DNA of 64,000 nucleotides from Verrucomicrobiales bacterium. GTDB lineage: Bacteria > Verrucomicrobiota > Verrucomicrobiia > Limisphaerales > UBA11320. The notes beneath the pieces are model-generated. The model made no database searches. It saw only the letters and a program-made list of their open reading frames with translations, and was not told where the DNA came from. Below, in pieces: positions 35,901-44,129 of the stretch. How positions within the stretch are numbered: the first letter of the stretch is position 1; each line of letters begins with the position of its first letter. Position numbers and translations under genes: made by a program. The stretch lies in the NCBI GenBank assembly GCA_016793885.1, contig JAEUHE010000236.1, positions 15,876 to 79,875 of the forward strand. The letters run 5' to 3'.

Positions 35901-38900
35901 CAGCATCTGTCGGAAAGTGAGCTTGAGGTTGAATTTTTGCTGAAACGCCTGGCTGGCTTGCGTCAGGAACAAGGAGTCGAAGCCCAGTTCCATGAAGGAG
36001 GCGCTATCGTTTGTGACATCGACTCCCGAGAGCTCTTTCACGATCGCGCGCAGTTGCACTGCAATTCGATTGCGGCGCGGCTCGGCGGGGGGAAGGGCGG
36101 GCACAGACATAACAACAGGGGGAGGAGACACGCTGGCGGGCGGAATCGCGATCGTTGGCGACGTCGCTGGCATCGGCGACGCCAGGGGGAGGGGGGCTGG
36201 CATCGCTGGGACGGAGACTGGGATGGAAACCGGGGCTGGGCCCGCTGAGGCTGCCGGGTTTACCGGTGCGACCCAGAACCGCTGACGTTCGAATGGGTAG
36301 GTGGGCAGGGCGACCCGTCGGCGGGACTCTTCGCGACTAAAGTCACTCCACCCGACACGAACCCCGCTCGCCCAGAGTCGGCCGAGCGCACTCAGCATCG
36401 AGTTGAGATCTCGGCCAGGGGCATCGGTCGGACCCAAACTGCCTGCGATGACGAGCCCAGAGGGCTTCGCCGGATGCTGCCGAGCCAGCTGGCTCAAGGT
36501 TTGTCCGGGACCGATCTCCAGAATAATGTTCTTCTCATCCCTGATCACCGTTTCCAGGGCCTCTACAAATCGAACTGATTGGCGAAGTTGTTTTGCCCAG
36601 TAGGTGCCATCCTGCAGGTCGCTTGGTGACAATGCCCGGCCGGTGCAGGTGGAGATCCAAGGCAATTGAGGAGCTTGATGGGGAGTCTTCGCTGCCAGTG
36701 CGGTGAACTCGGCCAGCATGGGATCCATCATGGACGAGTGGAAGGCATGCGAGGTGGGGAGGAAGCGAGAGGCGATCTTCTTCGCTTCGAGCGTTTTCTG
36801 GAATTCCTCGAGCGTGGGAGTTGGACCCGCCACGGTGCACAGCTTGGGACTGTTAAACGCCGCGATCGAGGCGTCACGAGGAAGGAGGGGTGCCGTTTCT
36901 TCGCCGCTTAGCCGAACCGCCAGCATGGATCCTGCGGGTAGGCTCTGCATGAGCTTGGCTCGCGAGGCAAGGAGGTCCAAAGCGGCTTCCAGAGTGAAGG
37001 TCTCAGCCAGAACGGCGGCGACGTACTCGCCGATGCTATGTCCGATGAGTAGGCTGGGCTTAATTCCCCACGAGAGCCAGAGCTGGGCAAGGGCATATTC
37101 CACCACAAAGATGGAAGGCTGGGTGATCCAGGTTTTATTGATCTCTGTCTCCGCCGCCGGGCGCTGGTCTGGCGAAGGATAGAGGACGCGCCTAATATCC
37201 AGTCCCAGGCGGTTCTGGAGAATGCTGGCGCATTGATCGATCGCTGCGCGAAAGGCGCTTTCGGTTTCGTAGAGTTCCCGCCCCATGTCGACGTATTGAG
37301 CCCCCTGTCCGGGAAACAGAAATACAACCGAGGGTTCGGCTGAGGATGCTTTCGATTGGTGATCCGTCTTGGCATCGGGTTGGCGGAGATGAGCTGATGC
37401 CTCCTGGTGGTTGGAGACCACGACGGATCTGCGGTAGGTAAAGCCTTTGCGGCCCTGCTGCAACGTGAAAGCGACATCGGGCAAGGGCACGGAGGGGGAG
37501 GCGTCCAGGAACGCCGCCAGCCTCTCAGACATGGCGCGAAGGGCTGTTTCGGTCTTGGCCGAAAGAACGAGCAGCTGTTGCCGGCGTGATGGGCCGCCGG
37601 GTGTTCGGAGGGGGGCTTCCTCTACGATCACATGGGCATTGGTGCCGCCGACACCGAAAGCGCTTACGCCGGCTCTTCGCGGCTGGGCCCCCCGCTTCCA
37701 TTCCAGCGGACGGGTGACTGGATAGAATGGGCTGTTGGCAAAGTCGATTTTTGGATTGGGTGCCTTGAAATGGAGCAGCGGCGGGATCAATTCGTGCTGC
37801 AGCTGCAGCACTGTCTTGATCAGCCCGGTGGCGCCTGCAGCCACGTCCAGATGTCCGATGTGAGTCTTTCCGGTGCCGATCGCGCAGAATCCCACTTTGG
37901 TGGATCCGCCCTCACGAAAGGCTTTGGTCAAAGCGGTGATCTCGATCGGATCGCCGAGGGGCGTTCCGGTTCCGTGGGCCTCGATGTAGGAAATCGATTC
38001 CGGATCCACGCCGGCGGCGGCCTGAGCCAACGCGATGACATCGGCCTGGGCGTTGATGCTGGGCGCGGCATATCCGATCTTGGCTGAACCATCATTGTTG
38101 ATGGCGGTTCCTTTGATGACCGCGAGCACCTGGTCTCCATCGGCCACCGCATCGGCGAGCCGTTTGAGCAGAACGACCGCCACTCCATGACCGAAAACGG
38201 TTCCGTGCGCGGAAGCGTCGAAGGTTCGGCAAGTGCCATCGCCGGAAACCATGCCTTCCTCCTGATAGAGGTAGTTGCGCTTTTGCGGGAAGCTGATCGA
38301 GGATCCACCGGCCAGCGCCATGTCGCACTGGTAGGTCAGCAAGCTGGTGCAAGCTTGGCTGATCGCCACCAAGGAGGTTGAGCACGCGGTTTGGATCGAC
38401 ATGCTTGGTCCGCGCAGGTTCAGCTTGTAGGACACCCGAGTGGGAAGGAAATCCTTGTCGTTCCCGAGCATCACCTGATAGGCACCCACCTGATAGTTGC
38501 CCGAGAAGTTGGCGGCGAACTCCCGGTCTCGGCACAGGTTGCTGAGCAAGTAGGTATTCAGGCTCAACCCACCGTACACGCCGATCATTCCGGGGTACGA
38601 CTCCGGATCGTAGCCAGCTCCCTCGATGGCTTCCCAGGAGCATTCGAGGAACAGGCGGTGCTGCGGATCCATGATCTCAGCCTCCTTGGGATAGATCCCG
38701 AAGAAAGCCGCGTCAAATTGGTCGACCCCTTCGAGTATGCCCCGGGCGGCGACAAATTTCTGGCCCTGCGCCTTGGCCTCCGGGCTCGCCACCGAAAATT
38801 CTAGTTCCTCCTCCGAGAACACGGAGATGGTCTCACGGCCCGCCATCAGATTGTCCCAGAACTCTTGGACTGACCGCGCCCCGGGGAAGCGGCCGGACAT

Positions 38901-38957
38901 GCCCACAATGGCGATGCCTTCGAGTTGGCTTGGATCGATTGAAGTATTACTGGACAT
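29979..38957 (-). CDS. hybrid PKS-NRPS megasynthase: KS-AT-ACP-aminotransferase(class III)-C-A-PCP-TE
   Basis: 2992 aa; residue numbers below come from hand counting. KS aa ~13-440 (TACSTSL with Cys192, EAHGTGT, GHLDVAAG). AT ~545-860 (GHSIGE, HAFH). ACP ~965-1035 (LGFDSL). Aminotransferase ~1195-1615 (NTGSEAVMAAIRLAR, DEVVTGFR, YGKVIGGG). C ~1675-2100 (RHEALRSTF; C3 reads NMIVCDG). A ~2130-2620 (YTSGSTGTPKA, NVYGPTETT, YRTGDLARF, PNGKIDRRAL). PCP ~2645-2710 (FFDLGGQSL). TE ~2730-2992 (LVHGAGGN, GGYCMGG). Confidence 0.9.
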   Translation of the reverse strand: MSSNTSIDPSQLEGIAIVGMSGRFPGARSVQEFWDNLMAGRETISVFSEEELEFSVASPEAKAQGQKFVAARGILEGVDQFDAAFFGIYPKEAEIMDPQHRLFLECSWEAIEGAGYDPESYPGMIGVYGGLSLNTYLLSNLCRDREFAANFSGNYQVGAYQVMLGNDKDFLPTRVSYKLNLRGPSMSIQTACSTSLVAISQACTSLLTYQCDMALAGGSSISFPQKRNYLYQEEGMVSGDGTCRTFDASAHGTVFGHGVAVVLLKRLADAVADGDQVLAVIKGTAINNDGSAKIGYAAPSINAQADVIALAQAAAGVDPESISYIEAHGTGTPLGDPIEITALTKAFREGGSTKVGFCAIGTGKTHIGHLDVAAGATGLIKTVLQLQHELIPPLLHFKAPNPKIDFANSPFYPVTRPLEWKRGAQPRRAGVSAFGVGGTNAHVIVEEAPLRTPGGPSRRQQLLVLSAKTETALRAMSERLAAFLDASPSVPLPDVAFTLQQGRKGFTYRRSVVVSNHQEASAHLRQPDAKTDHQSKASSAEPSVVFLFPGQGAQYVDMGRELYETESAFRAAIDQCASILQNRLGLDIRRVLYPSPDQRPAAETEINKTWITQPSIFVVEYALAQLWLSWGIKPSLLIGHSIGEYVAAVLAETFTLEAALDLLASRAKLMQSLPAGSMLAVRLSGEETAPLLPRDASIAAFNSPKLCTVAGPTPTLEEFQKTLEAKKIASRFLPTSHAFHSSMMDPMLAEFTALAAKTPHQAPQLPWISTCTGRALSPSDLQDGTYWAKQLRQSVRFVEALETVIRDEKNIILEIGPGQTLSQLARQHPAKPSGLVIAGSLGPTDAPGRDLNSMLSALGRLWASGVRVGWSDFSREESRRRVALPTYPFERQRFWVAPVNPAASAGPAPVSIPVSVPAMPAPLPLASPMPATSPTIAIPPASVSPPPVVMSVPALPPAEPRRNRIAVQLRAIVKELSGVDVTNDSASFMELGFDSLFLTQASQAFQQKFNLKLTFRQMLGDLSSVDALASYIDNKLPADALPAPAPVTPAASASAAPAATPPPTALSMNSSPLNATPIAAAPAGGNMMEQLMAQQIQLMQLLLAQQKGQVAPTPAAIPAGTSTSGSPASSLPTIRWPGAKPPAHAVATAQQEFKRFGPYKPIEKGQKGGLTAVQEGALNQLLARYQAKTGGSKKYTAEHRPHFADPRAVAGFKRNWKEMVYPIVSTRSKGSRIWDLDGNEYVDITMGFGTYFFGHSPDWLIQPLHDQLDTGIEIGPQSALAGEVAKMICEFTGMDRATFCNTGSEAVMAAIRLARTITGRKRVVYFTGDYHGMFEEVLVRGAWVNGEYRAQAIAPGIPSSLVENMLILEYGVPESLEVIKAHIHEIAAVLVEPVQSRSPGLQPKEFMKALRQITRDAEAALIFDEVVTGFRCHPGGAQAYFGVEADMATYGKVIGGGIPIGVLAGKRQYMDALDGGAWNYGDDSFPEVGVTFFAGTFVRHPLAIRAAWTILKKLQQEGPQLQLGITDRVTKFCTELNQYFERNQVPIRFPHFCAFANIEHAHDLEFISLLWYFMRLKGVHVWEGRPCYFTLAHTEADLSYVSRAFKEAVAEMQLGGFLPGTSDAEFAQIASTQATLPPGAPTPPPSGATPTTVSARTRPDTQEIPGLPPGTRSCSLTDSQKEMWLSTQIQPEASGAFNASNVVQLRGPLNIECLRRAIHQIIDRHEALRSTFSADGMCILIHPSITIDVPVHDFSDLPQVERESETAQILQQEGQRLYDLNEGPLVTFHIIKLSQSEHMLVFSLNMIVCDGWGYNVVLEEISELYSAYVEDRVPSLRPIVPMRNYAEWLGRPEQQEIAVQSEAFWLARFPDVPAPLDLPSYRPRPKNRTYEGERHSLRLPASLFQSIKKTAQSQRNTPFALLLGAYQVWLHRLSGLNDIVIGVPYAGQSAMGSETLVGQCVHTLPLRAAVNPAEPFNTLLKNALGLVLDTQENWNTTFGSIAQKLDIPRDPSRIPLASVLFNLDPPLNKVRFSGLSQKITAGPRFFFQYDLGFNLVDEGDHLLVECDYNRNMFDAESIRRWVGHFQTLLESIVADPATPIGQLSLLNQAERHQILVEWNQTTLELPEQASVVELCTVQARQTPKRVAVEFEGQRLSYAELDARSNQVAHHLAKVGAAPNSVVAVCLERSLDMVIGLLGILKAGAAYVPIDPEVPTARITSMLSDSGAKIVLSQQSLQARLGSTKIRVISMDGQRDALLAESQGPVSRPIHPDDLAYAIYTSGSTGTPKAAEITHRAFANFLISMRRQPGITPEDVVLALTTLSFDIAGLEVFLPLISGAKIVIAPRTAALDPAILSDLISRTGITLAQATPTTWRMLAASNWRGGPKLKLLCGGEPMAADLAEKLLSRCGSLWNVYGPTETTIWSTAVQLKKDQPISIGKPIANTQTYIVDSQLQPVPIGVAGELLIGGLGLARGYRNRSALTEEKFIPNPFSSASSPRVYRTGDLARFLPNGEIECLGRIDFQVKLRGHRIELGEIETVLLTSPKLKEAAVILTDESPGHPALVAYIVPNGGPGSLDEASARAEFKALLRASLPEYMVPCHFVVLPKLPQTPNGKIDRRALPHPGPSQDHTADDFVPPRNATEKKLAQIWSEILKLERISIRSNFFDLGGQSLRAVALFARIEKEFGKKLPLATLFKSPTIEQLSRALTGEVEESTDENWSPLVPIQPRGNKRPLFLVHGAGGNVLLYQALARHLAPDYPLYGLQSQGLDAKTPPLNSLEEMAALYLKEVRKIQPKGPYLLGGYCMGGTIAYEMAQMLLKAGETTRLLAMLDTYNFGLALKTNSTSHLLQKMKFHVGNFVKLSPGEMVKYIKEKARVARDGELANLLSRKGPAEPASPGSDEPTQLREASVQASNDAACDRYEPKPYAGTLTLFKPKVNYDYYPDPKMGWGDLAKGGIDPVELPVNPHAMLVEPYVQLLATELKSRIDKLG

Positions 38958-38966
38958 GCAATTCCT

Positions 38967-40892
38967 TTAGCGTCGCCCGCGTTTGTTAGCCGCCGCGAGC
39001 GCTTCGCGTTGACGACGAGCCCTATCTTGGAGCGTGGCATTTCCGGCCGCCGCTGCGTGGGGAAGACCTAGAAACTCTGCTTGAGTGCGGACCGTGGTAG
39101 CGGCGAAAAGCTGCGTCAATGGGAACTCGCGTCCGACCAGGGCCTGCAGGCGCGTATGGAGTTGCGCCAACCGGATCGAATCCCCATCGACGTCGAAAAA
39201 GCTGATGTCGTGCCTGACATCGGATCGCGACAGAATCTCCCTCCACAGCGCTGCGATCTGGCCCTCCAGGTTCCCTCCGTTGGGGACAGGGGCCGAAGGT
39301 GAAGCGTCCGGTGCGGCGCGCTCGGCCAAAGCCCGGCGATCCACCTTCCCGTTCGGGGAGAGGGGAAACGAGTCCAGCACGCTCAGGGTCGACGGGACCA
39401 TATAATCCGGTAGCCTGTCCCGTAGAAACTGTTTCAGGCTGGCCGAGTCGGCCGACGCGCCATCCTTGAGTGTCACGTAGGCGGCGAGGGACTGCGCGCC
39501 TTCGTTCTCTTGGCGCCGGCAGGCGACCACCACGGGTTCGCGCACGGAAGGATGAAGCTGGAGCGCGTTTTCGATTTCACGCAACTCGACGCGGTAGCCT
39601 CGAACCTTGACCTGATGGTCCAGGCGTCCCAGGAACTCGATCACCCCGTCGGGGAGCCAGCGCGCCTGATCCCCCGAGCGATAGATAAGACTTCCTTCGA
39701 TCTCGGGCAGGGGGTTGGCGATGAAGCGCTGCTGGGTGAGGGTGGTATCATTGACGTAGCCAGCGCCTATCCCGGTTCCGCCGATGCAGAGTTCCCCCGG
39801 CGTTCCAATGGGACAGGGCCGAAGCTCGGGATCCAAAATTGCGATCTGGGCATTGTAGATGGGGCGGCCCAGTGGAACAAAGTCGTAACGGTCCAGGTTG
39901 TCACGAGTAAGCCGGTAGAAGCCGCAGATGTCGGTGCACTCCGTGGGGCCGTAGGTGTTCGCGACTTCGGCTCGTGACTTGGGATGAGTGATCCAGGTGC
40001 GCAACCGGGGTATCGAGATCGGTTCCCCGCCCAGACATACCACGCGCAAGGAACTGAGTCGGTTGGCCGTTTCTTCGGTGAACGGCTCGATCAATGGGTA
40101 GAACGCGCTGGGCGTGCAGTTGATGTAGGTGATCCCGTGTCGGGCGATCAGGCGTCCAAGCAGGGAGATATCATAAGGGCCCGGTGGATAGAGATGCAGG
40201 GTGCCACCCCGGATCAGCGGCGCATAGAGATTCTTTTGAGTCAGGTCGAAGCTAAGGGAACTGACCAGCAGCACGTGGTCCCGACTGTCGAAGTTGAACT
40301 CGGAGACGAACCAATGGATGAGGTTCGTAAATCCACGATGATAGACAGCTGCCCCTTTGGGAGCTCCGGTGGAACCGGACGTGAAGATCACGTAGATGAG
40401 ATCATCTGGAGTGGAGCCGGGCGTGGGGTTGTCGCTGCACTCCGAAGCAAATGCCGCGTCGCTCTCGTTCAGAGTCATTAACTCCAGATCAGGTCGGGAG
40501 GAAAACCTTCCCGCCAAGGCAGGGGAAGTCAGCAGCAGACGCAGCCTTGAACCTGAGATCATCGCGTCCAGCCGTTCGGCGGGGTAGGTGGGATCCAACG
40601 GAACGTAGGCACCGCCCGCTTTCAGAATCGCGTAGATGCCGACCAGCACCTCAATCGACCGCTCGAGTGAAACTCCGACCAGAGAATTGGCCTGAACGCC
40701 TTTCCGACGGAGGGCATGGGCCAGTTGGTTCGCCCGTCGGTTGAGCTCGCTGTAGGTGAGCGTCTTACCCTCAAACTCGACCGCCACCGCCTGGGGTGTT
40801 CGAGCGACCTGCTCCTCGAAAAGCTGGTGTACGCAGGCATGCCGGGGCCAATCAACCCGGGTGGCGTTGCTCTGAATACGTGGGTCGCTCAT
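38967..40892 (-). CDS. stand-alone NRPS loading module: adenylation domain + peptidyl carrier protein (A-T)
   Basis: The 641-aa ORF has the A-domain core motifs LTYSELNRRANQLA, LKAGGAYVPLDP, FTSGSTGAPKG, NTYGPTECT, GELCIGGTGIGAGY, YRSGDQARW and SPNGKVDRRAL. The carrier motif is FFDVDGDSIRLAQL. Its stop lies 9 nt before the KS gene ATG, which is preceded by AAGGA. Confidence 0.9.
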   Translation of the reverse strand: MSDPRIQSNATRVDWPRHACVHQLFEEQVARTPQAVAVEFEGKTLTYSELNRRANQLAHALRRKGVQANSLVGVSLERSIEVLVGIYAILKAGGAYVPLDPTYPAERLDAMISGSRLRLLLTSPALAGRFSSRPDLELMTLNESDAAFASECSDNPTPGSTPDDLIYVIFTSGSTGAPKGAAVYHRGFTNLIHWFVSEFNFDSRDHVLLVSSLSFDLTQKNLYAPLIRGGTLHLYPPGPYDISLLGRLIARHGITYINCTPSAFYPLIEPFTEETANRLSSLRVVCLGGEPISIPRLRTWITHPKSRAEVANTYGPTECTDICGFYRLTRDNLDRYDFVPLGRPIYNAQIAILDPELRPCPIGTPGELCIGGTGIGAGYVNDTTLTQQRFIANPLPEIEGSLIYRSGDQARWLPDGVIEFLGRLDHQVKVRGYRVELREIENALQLHPSVREPVVVACRRQENEGAQSLAAYVTLKDGASADSASLKQFLRDRLPDYMVPSTLSVLDSFPLSPNGKVDRRALAERAAPDASPSAPVPNGGNLEGQIAALWREILSRSDVRHDISFFDVDGDSIRLAQLHTRLQALVGREFPLTQLFAATTVRTQAEFLGLPHAAAAGNATLQDRARRQREALAAANKRGRR

Positions 40893-41355
40893 GACACAAT
40901 CCTAGCCAAGGTGTTCTCTCATCCAAGGCGTGCCGTCGGATCCCCCTTCGGTTGTGAGTTTCCTCACGCGCTGCAGGCTCCTAGCTTCCAGCAACACCAC
41001 TTTGCTCCTCTTCAGGCCTCTTAGGCGATTCCATGCAGGCACATTCATTGAACTTAACGATAACCTTCTATCCATTATTCGGCTCGAAAACTCAAAGCTT
41101 TATGGTGACTCTTGGCAAGTCCCGGTGCGCAGGCGTTCGACGACTTCCATACCGAAGATTCGCGCTCCCAGTTCCACCCGCTCAACATCAGCTTTCTTAA
41201 AGAAATTAAAAGTAAAACGTTACGGACGTGGTGTGCTAGGAAATAATTTCCTAGCCTCGCGCGGCGGTGTTACTTGTGGGGAATTGGCTGGCCCGCACTA
41301 CGATTGTGGCGTCGTCCGTCCGCGGACGGTTCCCCAGCCCTGGAGCGCAGCGGGT

Positions 41356-41973
41356 CTAAAGTTCGCGGATCCACAGGTTGCGGAACTTGACCACGGCTTG
41401 GGCATCATGGTTTTGGAGGCCGATGTAGCCTTCGAGGTTCCGTTGGGAGTCATGCTGAACGATCATCGTTCCGTTGAGAGTCACGGTAACGTGGTTGGCT
41501 TGGCACCGGATCGTTAGTTGGTTCCATTCTCCGGCTGGGCGAGACATGTTCTTGGAGGGAGCGACGACATCGTAGAGCGAGCCGGAGGTGTATTTCTTGG
41601 GTTCCTTGCCGTGGTCATCCAAGATCTGGACTTCATGACCCGTGAACGCCGGGTTTTTGTCCAAGCCCGAGTGGAAGAAGACGCCGCTGTTGCCCTTGGC
41701 ATTGATGGAATACTCCAGCTCCAGTTCAAAATCGCGGTAACTCTTTTCGGTGCGCAGCCAGGATCCGCTCTTCTCGGGATTGGTCGTCCAATCGACGCCA
41801 TTGCGGCCGATGATGGAACGCTCGCTGACTGTCCATTCCCCGCCGTGCATGGCGACCCAACCGGTGAGGTCACGGCCATTGAAGAGGGAAGTCTTGCGGG
41901 AGGCCTTCGGAGGAGCGATGCAGCCCGCCATCAAGAATGAGATAACGACCAGACCGAGAGTCAGTTGCTTCAT
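41356..41973 (-). CDS. lipoprotein with DUF1080 (3-keto-disaccharide hydrolase / ConA-like) domain
   Basis: The 205-aa ORF has a lipobox-like signal (MKQLTLGLVVISFLMAGC). DUF1080 blocks are recalled: LFNGRDLTGW, NSGVFF, EVQILDD, SGSLYD, IGLQNHDAQAVVKFRNLWIREL. Confidence 0.8.
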   Translation of the reverse strand: MKQLTLGLVVISFLMAGCIAPPKASRKTSLFNGRDLTGWVAMHGGEWTVSERSIIGRNGVDWTTNPEKSGSWLRTEKSYRDFELELEYSINAKGNSGVFFHSGLDKNPAFTGHEVQILDDHGKEPKKYTSGSLYDVVAPSKNMSRPAGEWNQLTIRCQANHVTVTLNGTMIVQHDSQRNLEGYIGLQNHDAQAVVKFRNLWIREL

Positions 41974-42269
41974 GAGGTGTGGCTTTTAACGCGGGGGAAG
42001 CCATCCGGCAAGCCTGGATCGTGGGCTAGAATTGTAGCGACGTGCTCCCCTAGACGTTCTCCTGTGCCCCTTTTCCCCCCTCTGTAAACTCCGTGGACTC
42101 AGTGTGAAAAAGAGCCCCAACCCCGATGTCTCACACAGAGGCCGCCGAGTTCACAGAGGAGGAAGGGATTGCACATTGCGAATTGTTCATTGCTCATTTT
42201 CCATTGGGGACCAAAGAGGCCCGCTGCGCTCGGGCGAGGGGAACGTCCAGGGACGCACTTGGCTACAGT

Positions 42270-42570
42270 TGTAGCGTGGGCCGACAAGCGATCGTCTCCA
42301 TCTGGATTCTCCGCGAGGTGGCTCCCTCCCAGTTCGATCACCGTGGGCCCATCAGGGCTCGAATGGAATCTCGCCCTACCCCATATCGTCTTTAGCGAGG
42401 TAGGGCGAGACTCCGCTCGAGCCCACAATGGCTCCAGGCTCAGTCGCACAGGAGAGCACCCCCGACAAGGGCCTCTCAGAGTGAATTATCCCTCAGCGCT
42501 TCTCGCCGCGGCTCCTTGAAACACTTCAAACCGCCGGCATTCATGGGCTCGAGCGGAGTCTCTCCCTACC
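42270..42570. repeat. family-A elements: a partial copy ending 42380, a junction hairpin, and a second copy 42399..42570
   Basis: The sequence reads ...GGGCCCATCAGGGCTCGAATGGAATCTCGCCCTACC (to 42380), then an 18-nt spacer, then GGTAGGGCGAGACTCCGCTCGAGCCC (42399-42424) ... CATTCATGGGCTCGAGCGGAGTCTCTCCCTACC (42538-42570). Confidence 0.65.
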
Positions 42571-42725
42571 TCAATAAGCCCGCGCACCTCCCTCACCCCT
42601 TCCGCTGACCGGCCGCTTTTTCCACCCGAGCAACTCCCGCGATCCCTTCCTCGTTGCCTTGTCCGGCGGCTTTCCGAAACCACTCGAGAGCTTGAGCTAG
42701 GTCCTGAACGACGCCGCTGCCATGC

Positions 42726-44129
42726 TCAACTCAGCAGCGACGGCACGATGTGCGCGCTGGTGACGTCGAAGTCGGTCAGGCTGGCCGCCCGGCCTTCATG
42801 CGGAAAGCTGAGGGCCTTGTGATCCACCCCGAGGGTGTGGAGCAGGGTGGCGTGGAAATCGGGCACGCTGACGACATCCTCGACGGAACGGTAACCGAAC
42901 TCGTCCGTGGCTCCGTGCACATGTCCGCCCTTGAATCCTCCGCCCGCCACCCACAGCGAGAAGGCATGCCGATTGTGATCCCGGCCGTCCTTGCCCTGCG
43001 ACACCGGCAAGCGGCCGAACTCGCCGGTCCAGAGCACCACCGTGGAATCCAGCAGCCCCCGAGCCTTGAGGTCCTTCACGAGGGCTGCGCTGGGCTGATC
43101 GGTTTTGGCGCACAGCCCCTTCAATCGCTCGGCATTCTTATCGTGCGTGTCCCAGGGTTGGCCATTGAGGAACAGTTGCACAAAGCGCACCCCGCGCTCG
43201 ATCAGCCGACGAGCCAGCAGACAGCGCCGTCCATATTCCTCGGTGACCGGATTGTCTAATCCGTAGAGCTTCTTGGTGGCGTCCGATTCACTCGACAGAT
43301 CCAGCGCCTCCGGAACCGCGCTCTGCATGCGGGCGGCCGTTTCGAAGTTGGCGATGCGGGCGTTGAGTTCGGTGTTCTCCGGGTAATGGGACGCGTGCTG
43401 CTGGTTGAGGGCCTTCAACAGGTTGAGCTGATTCAGGCGTGCCTGTGGCGGAGTCTTGGAGGGCGTCTGCAGGTTAAACACCGGGGAGTTTCCACTGCGG
43501 AACGGCGTTCCTTGATAGATGGCCGGCAAGAATCCCGATGACCAATTCCGCTCGCCGTCGACCGGCAACCCGCCGGGATCCGACAACACCACGTAGGCCG
43601 GTAGGTTCTCATTCTCCGAGCCCAACCCGTAGAGCACCCAAGCGCCCAGAGTCGGCAGCCCGGCCAAAAACCGTCCGGTGTGAATGATTCGCAGCGCGGA
43701 TTCGTGGTCCACGGACCCCGTTGTCATGGATCGAACCAGGGTTATGTCGTCCGCGATCGATCCCGTGTGCGGCAGCAACTCCGATAGGTGCATTCCACAC
43801 TGCCCGTGGCGATGAAACTCATAGGGGGCTCCCAGGACATTCCCGGCCTGCTTGTCGAAATGAATCTCCAGGTTGCCGCCGGGGTAGGGCTTTCCGCTCC
43901 ATTTGTTCAGCGCGGGTTTGTAGTCGAACAAATCCATCTGGCTCGGTCCGCCGTGCTGGAAGAGACTGATGATGGCCTTGGCCTTCGGTTGGTAGTGTCC
44001 CGGCTTGGCGGGATTGGAAGCGCCGGCTCGCGATCCCGCCAGGAGTTGTGACAAGGCAATGGCACCCAGCCCGCCGGCGGATCGACCGAGGAAGGCGCGT
44101 CGTGAAAGTGCAGACTCGATGGCATTCAT
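42726..44129 (-). CDS. DUF1501 domain protein, Tat-type signal
   Basis: Track ORF 42726..44171. I prefer ATG 44129-44127, which gives MNAIESALSRRAFLGRSAGGLGAIALSQLLAG and overlaps the upstream TGA (44128-44126) as ATGA (checked). The DUF1501 blocks match 8851..10314: HGGPSQMDLFDYKP, TGEFGRLP, GRDHNRH. Confidence 0.9.
   Translation of the reverse strand: MNAIESALSRRAFLGRSAGGLGAIALSQLLAGSRAGASNPAKPGHYQPKAKAIISLFQHGGPSQMDLFDYKPALNKWSGKPYPGGNLEIHFDKQAGNVLGAPYEFHRHGQCGMHLSELLPHTGSIADDITLVRSMTTGSVDHESALRIIHTGRFLAGLPTLGAWVLYGLGSENENLPAYVVLSDPGGLPVDGERNWSSGFLPAIYQGTPFRSGNSPVFNLQTPSKTPPQARLNQLNLLKALNQQHASHYPENTELNARIANFETAARMQSAVPEALDLSSESDATKKLYGLDNPVTEEYGRRCLLARRLIERGVRFVQLFLNGQPWDTHDKNAERLKGLCAKTDQPSAALVKDLKARGLLDSTVVLWTGEFGRLPVSQGKDGRDHNRHAFSLWVAGGGFKGGHVHGATDEFGYRSVEDVVSVPDFHATLLHTLGVDHKALSFPHEGRAASLTDFDVTSAHIVPSLLS

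Noticed and set aside
30211-38970. Plus-strand ORFs antisense to the megasynthase (for example 32199..33161, 33564..34391, 34410..35126)
   Set aside because: The same reasoning applies. They are antisense to a CDS whose every domain motif is readable, and they carry no motifs of their own.
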